Shown piece after piece: positions 31,143 to 39,476 of a DNA stretch of 64,000 bases. The position numbers were made by a program, and so were the translations under genes. The DNA comes from Candidatus Limnocylindria bacterium. Lineage in GTDB: Bacteria; Eisenbacteria; RBG-16-71-46. The notes under the pieces were generated by a model. It did not search any database, was not told the origin of the DNA, and worked only from the letters and a program-made list of their open reading frames with translations. Each line of letters begins with the position of its first letter. The first letter of the stretch is position 1. The stretch is taken from the NCBI GenBank assembly GCA_035632955.1, contig DASQFU010000211.1, positions 14,025 through 78,024 on the forward strand. Reading direction: 5' to 3'.

Positions 31143-32420
31143 ATGCCACGCACGCCACGCTCTGCCGCACCCAGACCTTCTCCGCGCCCCTCGTTTGCGG
31201 CCATCCACGTCTCGGTCGCGCTCGTGATCGTGGCCGGGTGGGTGCTGCGCGCCGCCCTGCCCGGGGTATCGGTGCACACTCCCGACGAAGGCGTGTACGC
31301 CTCCTATGCCACCACGCTCTATCGCGACGGCCTCGGCTCGGTCCCCGGCATGCTCCGGACGTACAACCAGACTCCGGAGTTGTGGGTCTATCCCTCGCCG
31401 GTCCGGGTCGGATACCTCTGGATCCTGACCGGAGCGATGCACCTCACGCAGACGGCGAACCTCGAGATCACCACCGCCGTCTCCGCGGTGTTCAGCGGCC
31501 TCTCGCTCGTGCTCCTGGCGTGGATCGCCTACCGTTTCTTCGACCCCTGGGTGGCGCTCGTCTCGCTGTTGTTTCTCGCGGTCTCCCCGCTCGATCTCGC
31601 GATCGCGCGCCGCACGTGGCAGGAAGCGGTGGTCGCATGCTTCGCCCTCGCCCTGGTCGGCGCTGCGCTCGCCGCGATGCGGCAACGCTCCTCTCCCGGC
31701 TGGGCGGTCGCGTTGCTGGTGCTCGGCGGCTACGCGCTGCTGATCAAGGAGACGAACTCGATCGTGTTCGCGCTGTGCGCACTCGGCCTCGCGGTCGCCT
31801 GGATCGCTCGCGGACGCCGGCGCGCCGCATGTCTCTTGCTTGGCGGCGCAGCGGCAACCGTCGTCGCCAGTGCGACGGTGCTGGTCGCGACCGCGGGCGG
31901 TATCGACGAGCTGCGCGCCGTCTACGCGCGGCTGTTCGTCAGCGGTCAGGCCACGGAATACTTTCGCAAGTATCAGACCGGAGGCCCGATGTACTACGTG
32001 AAGGGTCTCGGCATTCTGCACCCGGCACCGTTCCTCCTCGGCTTCGTGGGGTGCGTGTTGGCGATCCTGCCCGAACGATGGGCGCGCGTTCTGAGCGCGG
32101 ATTCCGAACGCCTGCGCGCGCTGCGCTTCACGAGCGTGTACGTACTCGGTTTCAGCGCGGTTGCGCTCCTGCACACGCAGAAGAATCTCCGGTTCCTGAG
32201 CGTGATCTATGCTCCGGCGTACCTGATGGCGGCCGCGCTAGTGCAGGCGATCGCCCGAGGCGTCGCGCTGAGACTGCCTCGTTCCCGCGCCCGTGTTGCC
32301 GTCGCGGTGCTCGGTCTATCGCTGGTCGTTTTGGCGGGGTTCGACTTGCAGCGCTTCATCCGCTACTTCGTGGCCGAAGGTATTCCGGATCTCGCCACCC
32401 CGTGGTTCACGAAGCGCTGA
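31143..32420 (+). CDS. GT-C fold membrane glycosyltransferase (family 39 / ArnT-PMT-like)
   Basis: Multi-TM protein with an early periplasmic-loop PDEGVYASYA motif and ArnT/PMT_2-like topology. ATG 31143 preferred over 31062 (Arg/Pro-rich leader). Confidence 0.6.
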   Translation: MPRTPRSAAPRPSPRPSFAAIHVSVALVIVAGWVLRAALPGVSVHTPDEGVYASYATTLYRDGLGSVPGMLRTYNQTPELWVYPSPVRVGYLWILTGAMHLTQTANLEITTAVSAVFSGLSLVLLAWIAYRFFDPWVALVSLLFLAVSPLDLAIARRTWQEAVVACFALALVGAALAAMRQRSSPGWAVALLVLGGYALLIKETNSIVFALCALGLAVAWIARGRRRAACLLLGGAAATVVASATVLVATAGGIDELRAVYARLFVSGQATEYFRKYQTGGPMYYVKGLGILHPAPFLLGFVGCVLAILPERWARVLSADSERLRALRFTSVYVLGFSAVALLHTQKNLRFLSVIYAPAYLMAAALVQAIARGVALRLPRSRARVAVAVLGLSLVVLAGFDLQRFIRYFVAEGIPDLATPWFTKR

Positions 32421-32715
32421 CCGGCGGCGCCAAGCCCTCGACGATCACGAGCTGTGTGCGCGCGGTTGCCTGACGGATCGACTTCAGCACCGCGTACTCG
32501 ATCGAGTCCCACCACGCTTTCGCCTGGGCCGCGGTCGGAAACTCCAAAACGACCAGACGCTCGGGCGTCCAGTCACCTTCGAGCACGTGCACGGATCCAC
32601 CGCGCGCCAGGTAGCGTCCGCCGTGGGCGGCGATCGTCGGGGGCACGGCGTTCTTGTACTCCTCGTATCGCGCGGGATCGACGACCGAGACGTTCGCGAT
32701 GACGTAGGCAGGCAT
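32407..32715 (-). CDS. DUF1330 domain protein
   Basis: MPAYVIANVSVVDPARYEEYKNAVPPTIAAHGGRYLARGG...LVVLEFPTAAQAKAWWDS is typical of DUF1330. Only the last 102 codons of listed ORF 32407..33453 are used. Confidence 0.8.
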   Translation of the reverse strand: MPAYVIANVSVVDPARYEEYKNAVPPTIAAHGGRYLARGGSVHVLEGDWTPERLVVLEFPTAAQAKAWWDSIEYAVLKSIRQATARTQLVIVEGLAPPVSAS

Positions 32716-32783
32716 TGGATCTCCTGGACAGGGCGTGACGTTCGCGTCGCGCGTGGGGCCCATCGATGGGCCTCGGACGATTC

Positions 32784-33228
32784 CTAGCGCTCGACGGTAT
32801 AGAAGATGTCGCCGCTTGTCTCGTCCGCGGTCTCCGCCTGCACGGTCCACATCCGGCTCAGGAAATACTGGAGCCTGATCCGGCTCGCCGCGTCGAACAG
32901 CCCGACGCCATAGTTGACGTAGACTCCCGGGTGGATCGTGTAGGTTGCGTTCCATTCCGCGGGCTCCGTGTCGAGGGTCGCCTGCACCGTCGGCTGGTAG
33001 TAGCCCAACGGCTGGAGCGCGAGCTCGATCTCGCTGGTCGCCGTCTCGTGGAGCTGGCGGAGCTGTGGCTCGGTGCGATCGTCGCTCTCGGCCGCGCGCG
33101 ATCCCCGTCATCGAGAGAGCGTTGCGCTTGAGCTCGCCATCGATGCCTTCGATCTCGGTGTCCACCGCGCGCGCCTGGGCGTGGCGTGCCGGCAACGGCA
33201 TCGCCACCAGAATCGCGCACGACACGAT
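32784..33228 (-). pseudogene. TamA N-terminus fused to TamB C-terminus (deletion remnant of a tamA-tamB locus) with a frameshift
   Basis: Minus-strand frame A gives IVSCAILVAMPLPARHAQA-RAVDTEIEGIDGELKRNALSMTGIAR. After a (CG)n run at 33093-33100 the +1 frame continues AESDDRTEPQLRQLHETATSEIELALQPLGYYQPTVQATLDTEPAEWNATYTIHPG (TamA POTRA1-like). It then runs straight into VYVNYGVGLFDAASRIRLQYFLSRMWTVQAETADETSGDIFYTVER (TamB/DUF490 C-terminal strand motif). Confidence 0.6.
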
Positions 33229-33365
33229 GCGATGCGGTGAATCGTTCTCACGTCCGAGTCTCCGCGTGGCATTGTCGATCGGCCCGATGCGGGCGAGAAA
33301 GCACAAGAGAGGCGCCGCGACCAGGCTCGGCTTCGCCCTCCGAAGCTCGCGAGCGCCGGAAAGAT

Positions 33366-33905
33366 CTACTCGCGGCTTCCAGATCGGCGATTGGGTTCGG
33401 AGAGAGGGGATTCGGGTGTTGCGAGGCCCGATTGCTCGAGCGTCTCGCTGCATTGCTTGAGCTGGGCCTCCAGCTGCAGCACCCGCTCGGTCAGCCGATG
33501 CACCTGCAACGATTGCGCGCGCGATAGGGCGAGGCCGAAATCCGGAACATCGAGCAGCACCTCGACCACGTCGTCGCGCTGAATGTTGAGCACATGCGTC
33601 TCTTCGCGCGCGATTCCCGTGTACTGGTGCCCGGCGTTCTCCTCGAGGAAGAACTCTCCGTGCGCGGCACCCGAGCGCAGGGGTCGGACGACCGCGTCGC
33701 CTTTGCGCAGCTCCACCAGCCCGTCCACGACGATGAACGTGCCCTGGTCCTCGTCGCCTTCGCTGAACAACACTTCATCCGGGTCGGCATGAATCTCGGT
33801 CGCGCGCGCCGCGAGCTGTGCGAGGGCTTCGGTCGGAACGCTGGAGAACAGGTTCGTCGACTTGAGGAAGACCGTCTTCTCGATCAGCGTCATTCGCTCG
33901 GGCAT
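33366..33905 (-). CDS. cyclic-nucleotide-binding-domain protein with C-terminal coiled coil (cassette copy B)
   Basis: Paralogue of 13225..13758, with blocks LFSSVPTEALAQLA...FSEGDEDQGTFIVVDGLVEL. Starts 3 nt after the TLC-HEAT stop. Confidence 0.8.
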   Translation of the reverse strand: MPERMTLIEKTVFLKSTNLFSSVPTEALAQLAARATEIHADPDEVLFSEGDEDQGTFIVVDGLVELRKGDAVVRPLRSGAAHGEFFLEENAGHQYTGIAREETHVLNIQRDDVVEVLLDVPDFGLALSRAQSLQVHRLTERVLQLEAQLKQCSETLEQSGLATPESPLSEPNRRSGSRE

Positions 33906-33908
33906 GCG

Positions 33909-36626
33909 CTACCCTGCTGCGAGTGCGTTTTGGGCCCACGCGGCGGTCTCTCGCACGCGTGGATCCTCGGCTTGAAGGTTCACCTGGACGAGCTCGGCGA
34001 GCGCGCGCTCACGGCGGTACCCGACGACGTAGAGAGCGCACACGCGTAGCCAGGAATCGGTGCCGTTCAAGCATTCCTGAAGTGCCTCGGCGTAACTTGG
34101 CTCCCGCAAGCCGAAACGCTCCTGGGCGCGTGGCAACTGTTCCTCGTCCGGAGTGTCGTCGAGTAGGGGCAGCACCAACTCTCGATCCTCGGCCGACAGA
34201 GCCGTCTCCAGGTACTCGAGCGCGTTACCCCGGAGATGTGGCTTGCCCGAACCCCGGCCTCGATACGCAGCGTAGATGGTATCGGGTGGGTAGATCAGAG
34301 CGAGACGCCGGAAGACCCGATTCAACGTCTGGGCCAGTCGCTCGTCCAGGACCGCCGAGAGAAACGTTTCGGCGCTGCCTCCTTCCACGGACGTGAACGC
34401 ACGCCGCTGCAGGAACCCGAGCCAGTACGTGCGGACTTCGTATTCCAGGTCTTCTCGAACCTGTTCGCTCGGGAAAGCGATCTCCGGATTCGCGCGTCGG
34501 ATGCGATTGCAGGCCTTGAGAACGCGATACGTGAGCACCATGTCGGACCGGTCCCGGAAGCGGAACAAAGCGAGGATGGATTCGGAGGTCGGTATCTCCC
34601 GCAACACGCGCGGAATCTCCCGCCGCACCTCGATCCGGACGCCGGTATCGACGAGCAAGTCCGCGAGCGTGCCGACCACGATCTCCCCCATCGCTGCCAG
34701 GCCTGCGCGCGCCGCCCGTTCCGTCTCGGATTTTCCCAGCGCCTCGATGAGCATCGGGATGTGCTCGCGACGCTTACCGCTCGCTGCGGCCCGCAAGGCT
34801 GCATTTCGCACCTCGAGATCCGGATCGGCGAGCAGCGGCGTCAGCAGATCGTGCAATCGGCTCTGCGTCGGCGCGACAGCCAGCGCTTCCACGGCCTCGA
34901 TCCGCCGCGCGGTCGCGCCGTCCCGTAGACGCGGTTCGAGGATGTCATGCACACGCGCGTCCTCTTCCGCCGGCGCGAACTGGACCAGGCATTGAAGTGC
35001 GGTCGCGCGCAGCCGCGGATCCTGGTCGTCGAAAAACGGGTCCAACGTCCTGGTGGGCCGTCCCCGCCCCAAAGCGCAGGTCGCCCGCAGCGCACCGAGT
35101 CGAACCGCGGGATCTTCGTCGTTCAGCAACGCACGCACCTGCTCGCGCGCCGAGTCGGTCTGAAATGTGGCGATCAGCTCCAGCGCGCGACCCCTCACCC
35201 GGGCGGAGGCGTGCTCAACCAATCGTGGCAGCCGCTTCTCGAGCAGAGGCATCGCGCTGTCTTCGAGCAGATCCATGCCGTGCATCACGACCCGTTCGTA
35301 GGGACTGTCGAGCAGCCTCACCATCTCTTTGAGCAGCCGGCGCTCGCGCAGCCGAATCGTCATCTGTTCGGGGTCCACGTGCAGGCGGTTCAGGGTTCGC
35401 GATAGCTCACGCTCGTAACCGCGGCGCAGCTCGTACCAGGCCACGAGCCAGATCGCGACCACCACCACGATTAGCACCGCGATCGTCCAGGTGTCCACGC
35501 CGAAGGCGATCCCGATCCCGAGAATCATCAGCCCCGCGATGCCGTCTCCCACGCGCTCGAGTCCCGCCTCGATCACCGCTTTCGCGTGACGCCGCAGCGC
35601 CGGCTCGAGCGGGAAATAGAACAGCTCGACCGCCGCCTTGTTCAGCGACAGGCGGATGATCTGGTCCCAGAGCCGCGTGCCCAAAACCGTCAGCGCGCCC
35701 GGTGCCAGCAGCGTCGCCACGGCGCCGATCCCGAGGCCAGCCGGCAGCACCAACGAGGACGAAGAAGCGCCGAGCGTGCTCAGCGACCAGCGCGTGACGA
35801 TCATCTGCACCGCCAGTGCGCCCAGGTTCATTGCGGTGTAGAACATTCCGAAGAACTGCGCGAGCGCGGTCCTCGTCGGATAGCGATTCTGGATCTCGAC
35901 TTTGAGCTGGTAGTCGAGCACTCCGGTGATGATCACCGAGCACAGCGAGGCGATCGCGAGCCAGCGCACGTAGGACGAGCTCCAGGGAGATTGCGTTCGT
36001 TCGGGTCTGGCGGCCACGGCTTCTGCCGGTGTGTGGCCGCGACGCACGCCGGTCACGATCAGCGGAACGACGAGGGCGACCAGCAACGCCGCCGAGAACG
36101 CGAGCGCATCGAGGCCCAGCGCGGGCCCGAGGGCGCTCGCCGTCAAGCCTCCGATCAGACCGCCGAGAATCCCGCCGCCACCGATCATTCCGAAGATGCG
36201 CTTGGCGAGTCGCGGATCGGAGATGCTGTTCGTGAACGCCCAGAACTGGGAGACGAGGATGAGACCGTAGACGTTCACCCACAGGTAGAAGGCAACCGGC
36301 AGCCAGCCCCTCTCACTTCTGAAGAAAGGTGCGAAGGCCGCGAGCGACACCGAGGCGATCGCGGCCGCCGCAACCAGCGTGACCCAGGTTGGAACCCGGC
36401 GCGTGAGCTTCGCCACGACCTGGGACACGAGCAGCGTGAGGCCGCCGACGCCGAGATATACGTAGGGCAGCGATTGCGCGGGCAACCGGGAAAGGTAGAG
36501 GGAATCGCGCGCCGTCTTGACCAGCGTGTAGGAGCTGGTGATCCCGAACAGCACGAGGGCGAGCGTCAAGGCATGTCGCAGCTCGTGCGGCTCCAGCTCC
36601 AGCCGTCGAGCCAGACGTTCGATCAT
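33909..36626 (-). CDS. TLC (ATP/ADP-translocase-like) transporter domain fused to HEAT repeats (cassette copy B)
   Basis: FYLWVNVYGLILVSQFWAFTNSISDPRLAKRIFGMIG plus HEAT units DEDPAVRLGALRA, DQDPRLRATALQCL and DPDLEVRNAALRAA. Colinear with 13763..16486 over the full length. Confidence 0.8.
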   Translation of the reverse strand: MIERLARRLELEPHELRHALTLALVLFGITSSYTLVKTARDSLYLSRLPAQSLPYVYLGVGGLTLLVSQVVAKLTRRVPTWVTLVAAAAIASVSLAAFAPFFRSERGWLPVAFYLWVNVYGLILVSQFWAFTNSISDPRLAKRIFGMIGGGGILGGLIGGLTASALGPALGLDALAFSAALLVALVVPLIVTGVRRGHTPAEAVAARPERTQSPWSSSYVRWLAIASLCSVIITGVLDYQLKVEIQNRYPTRTALAQFFGMFYTAMNLGALAVQMIVTRWSLSTLGASSSSLVLPAGLGIGAVATLLAPGALTVLGTRLWDQIIRLSLNKAAVELFYFPLEPALRRHAKAVIEAGLERVGDGIAGLMILGIGIAFGVDTWTIAVLIVVVVAIWLVAWYELRRGYERELSRTLNRLHVDPEQMTIRLRERRLLKEMVRLLDSPYERVVMHGMDLLEDSAMPLLEKRLPRLVEHASARVRGRALELIATFQTDSAREQVRALLNDEDPAVRLGALRATCALGRGRPTRTLDPFFDDQDPRLRATALQCLVQFAPAEEDARVHDILEPRLRDGATARRIEAVEALAVAPTQSRLHDLLTPLLADPDLEVRNAALRAAASGKRREHIPMLIEALGKSETERAARAGLAAMGEIVVGTLADLLVDTGVRIEVRREIPRVLREIPTSESILALFRFRDRSDMVLTYRVLKACNRIRRANPEIAFPSEQVREDLEYEVRTYWLGFLQRRAFTSVEGGSAETFLSAVLDERLAQTLNRVFRRLALIYPPDTIYAAYRGRGSGKPHLRGNALEYLETALSAEDRELVLPLLDDTPDEEQLPRAQERFGLREPSYAEALQECLNGTDSWLRVCALYVVGYRRERALAELVQVNLQAEDPRVRETAAWAQNALAAG

Positions 36627-36699
36627 GACGCGCGTGCTCCCGTGCCGTAGGTCGCACCGTCATTCGCTACGGCGCGGATCGCGCTGCGGCTCGTGACCG

Positions 36700-36727
36700 T
36701 TGACAGAAAGCGACTTTAGTCTAGATT
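36700..36727 (+). promoter_or_regulatory. putative sigma70-type promoter (TTGACA-16 nt-TAGATT) abutting the Omp85-like gene, copy B
   Basis: TTGACA at 36700-36705, TAGATT at 36722-36727, GTG start at 36736 with no Shine-Dalgarno, in a locally AT-richer patch. Parallels copy A. Confidence 0.35.
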
Positions 36728-36735
36728 GAGTCGCT

Positions 36736-38148
36736 GTGCACTTCTGGAGCGCGTTTGCTGCGACGTGCGTGTGGGTCGCGCTGATGTCGATCGACGCCGG
36801 GGCGGCGGTGGAAACCGCCCCGGCGAATCCATCGTTGCTCGCGGCGGCCGACACGACACGGAACCGTACATCGGCTCCGGCGACCGAAGCCGGCGATCTC
36901 GCCGTGACTTCCGATGTCCCCTGGAATCCCCCCCGCGCGCTCTCACGCCGGCATCCATGGGAGCAGGTACTGCAATTTCCCGGGCGCATCGTGACGGTGC
37001 CGATCTCGGCGCTCGGCTACACCGTGGAGCACGGCCTGTTCTGGATGGAGAAGACGAGCTTCGTCACCAAGGCCACGTTCGCGGCGCGCGATCTGCGCGG
37101 GCGTGCCGGGCTCTCCGTCCGGCCTGCGAGCCTCGGGGATCGGACCGGCCTGGGCGGGACCATCCGCATGGACACACCCTTCTTCGGGGGCGCGCTCAAG
37201 AACCGTGTCAGCACCGAGCTCAGCGGCAGCACGCGCAAGTACAGCGGCGTGGTCGTCACCGTGAAGGGCGAGCCTGGACTTCTCGAGTACGGACAGGAGT
37301 GGCGGCCGCAGGATCGTTTCTACGGCCTCGGGATCGAATCTGTTCGTGACAGTGTCAGCGACTACGCGACCCAGAGCCAGTTCGCGCGCGCGCGCTTACG
37401 CTGGACATGGAACCAGGAGAAACGGGAGGAGCCGCGCGCGGCGTTCGCGATCTGGGCCGGGACGCGCAATGTCGTGACCCGCAACGGCCGCGGGGATGGG
37501 ACGGTTTCCTACCACGTCCGTTTTCCCGATCTCGGCGCCGCCACGCTCGATCGCCATGTCGAACACTTCATCTACGGCACCAGCCTCGCGAGCGATTGGC
37601 GGGTCGGCGAACCCCACTGGAGCCAGGGCTGGCGGGTGTGGCTTTCCGCCGAACGCTACGATCGACCGATCCATCCGCTGGCGCTGCGCGTCGGGCAACC
37701 GCGCGGCGCGCAGTTCACACGCTACGACGTCGAAGTCGAGACCGGAAAATCGTTCCTGCGCGACCCGCGCACGCTCCGGCTGCTCGTGCGGATGACGAAT
37801 CAGGAGGTCTCGTCCGGTGGCGATCGTTTCCTGATCTCCGATCTGCCCAAGCTTGGCGGGCGCGAAGGCCTGTCGGGATTCGAGGCCGGCCGATTTCACG
37901 ATCTCGATCTGTTGGCGACCAAGATCTCTTACATCTTCCCGCTGGTGGGGCGGCTCGAACTCGATGTTCACACCGAATGGGGCGCCGTCCATTCGAACGT
38001 TTGGGAAGACCTGAAGTTCAGCACGCTGAGGAACTCGTTCGGCGTCGCCCTGCGCGGGCGTCTCAAGCACACACCCTTCGGCTCGATCGGTGTGGACTTC
38101 AGTCCCGAGAAAACGCGGTTACGCTTCTCCGTGGGGAGGGTCGAGTGA
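36736..38148 (+). CDS. Omp85/BamA-superfamily-like outer-membrane beta-barrel without POTRA domains (cassette copy B)
   Basis: Paralogue of 16572..17966. Signal-like N-terminus MHFWSAFAATCVWVALMSIDAGAA, LGGREGLSGFEAGRF block, beta-strand-rich C-terminus. Confidence 0.65.
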   Translation: MHFWSAFAATCVWVALMSIDAGAAVETAPANPSLLAAADTTRNRTSAPATEAGDLAVTSDVPWNPPRALSRRHPWEQVLQFPGRIVTVPISALGYTVEHGLFWMEKTSFVTKATFAARDLRGRAGLSVRPASLGDRTGLGGTIRMDTPFFGGALKNRVSTELSGSTRKYSGVVVTVKGEPGLLEYGQEWRPQDRFYGLGIESVRDSVSDYATQSQFARARLRWTWNQEKREEPRAAFAIWAGTRNVVTRNGRGDGTVSYHVRFPDLGAATLDRHVEHFIYGTSLASDWRVGEPHWSQGWRVWLSAERYDRPIHPLALRVGQPRGAQFTRYDVEVETGKSFLRDPRTLRLLVRMTNQEVSSGGDRFLISDLPKLGGREGLSGFEAGRFHDLDLLATKISYIFPLVGRLELDVHTEWGAVHSNVWEDLKFSTLRNSFGVALRGRLKHTPFGSIGVDFSPEKTRLRFSVGRVE

Positions 38149-39476
38149 AGCCCGCGATCATTCTCGGCGCGCTGCTCGGGGCCCTCGGCTGGACCGACAC
38201 GCTCGTGGCTCAGCCGCCCTCGGGCGCAACCGAGATGCCCAGAGAACGCGACTACTCGTACATCTACGACATGCTCGACCACAGTCTCGTGCGACCCTTT
38301 ACGCGGGTGTTCGATCCCGCCCTGCTGTTGCGCAAGGTCGTGGGGCGCCCGCGCCAGGCCGCCAACGTGGGCGAAAACGATCAGGTGCGCCTCCCGAGCA
38401 CCTGGTGGCAGCCGCGGATCGGCTTTCGGCCGGTCACGGTCGAGCAAATGATGAAGGGGCCGGGATCGAGCGCCGGGCCCGCGCCGGGAAAATGGACGGT
38501 CACCAAAGCCAAGACCCAGGGCGTCACCCCCGGCTTCCAGATCGAGGACTCGAAGGGCGATAGGTTCATCATCAAGTTCGATCCCACCACGTTCCCCGAG
38601 CTCACCACTTCGGTCGACGTCATCGGCTCGCACCTGTTCTGGGCGGCCGGGTACAACGTTCCTCACAACACCATCGCCACGTTCAAAGCCGAGGATCTCG
38701 CGCTCGACAAGGATGCCACCTTTACCGACGCGCTCGGCAAGAAGCAGCCAATGACGCCGGAGTACCTGACTCAGCTCCTCGACCGGGTCGCTCGCCTGCG
38801 CGACGGCACGTACCGCTGCCTCGCGAGCAGGTTCATCTCCGGCAAGCCCCTGGGTCCGTTCGAGTACTACGGGCGGCGCAACGACGATCCCGAGGACCTG
38901 ATTCCGCACGAGCTGCGGCGCGAGCTGCGCGGGCTGTGGACCGTGTGCGCGTTCCTCAACCATGCCGACAGCCGCGGGCCCAACTCGCTCGACATGTGGG
39001 TGACCGAGAACGGCCGCTCGTTCGTGCGCCATCACCTGATCGATTTCGGCTCGATCCTCGGTTCGAGCGCCATCGGTCCGCGCTCATACGTGACCGGCAC
39101 CGAGTATTACGTGGACTTCAACGTGATTGGCCAGCAGGCGGCCACGATCGGGCTGCGGCCGTTCGACTGGGAGCGGGTCGTGGATCCGAAAATTGCCTCG
39201 ATCGGATTCGTCGAGGGGAGGGTGTTCGACCCGGCCGGCTGGCGGCCGGACTACGCGAACCCGGCATTCGACGAGCGCACCGAGCGCGACATCCGTTGGG
39301 GTGCGAAGATCGTCGCCGGTTTTACCGACGAGCACATCCGGGCCGCCGTGAAGGCCGGGAGCTACTCCGACCTGCGGGCCTCGGAGTACCTGACCCAGGT
39401 GCTGATCCAGCGCCGCGACAAGCTGGTTCGCCATTGGCTCGGGCCGGACTACCGCGTACCTTACGATACGCGATGA
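38145..39476 (+). CDS. exported protein with PI3K/PI4K-like kinase core (cassette copy B)
   Basis: GTG 38145 forms a GTGA overlap with the barrel gene stop. Signal peptide VKPAIILGALLGALGWTDTLVAQ. Motifs RFIIKFD (Lys144), NHADSRGPNSLD (Asp275/Asn280, nt 38961-38996) and HHLIDFGSILG (Asp300-Phe-Gly). Confidence 0.7.
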   Translation: MKPAIILGALLGALGWTDTLVAQPPSGATEMPRERDYSYIYDMLDHSLVRPFTRVFDPALLLRKVVGRPRQAANVGENDQVRLPSTWWQPRIGFRPVTVEQMMKGPGSSAGPAPGKWTVTKAKTQGVTPGFQIEDSKGDRFIIKFDPTTFPELTTSVDVIGSHLFWAAGYNVPHNTIATFKAEDLALDKDATFTDALGKKQPMTPEYLTQLLDRVARLRDGTYRCLASRFISGKPLGPFEYYGRRNDDPEDLIPHELRRELRGLWTVCAFLNHADSRGPNSLDMWVTENGRSFVRHHLIDFGSILGSSAIGPRSYVTGTEYYVDFNVIGQQAATIGLRPFDWERVVDPKIASIGFVEGRVFDPAGWRPDYANPAFDERTERDIRWGAKIVAGFTDEHIRAAVKAGSYSDLRASEYLTQVLIQRRDKLVRHWLGPDYRVPYDTR

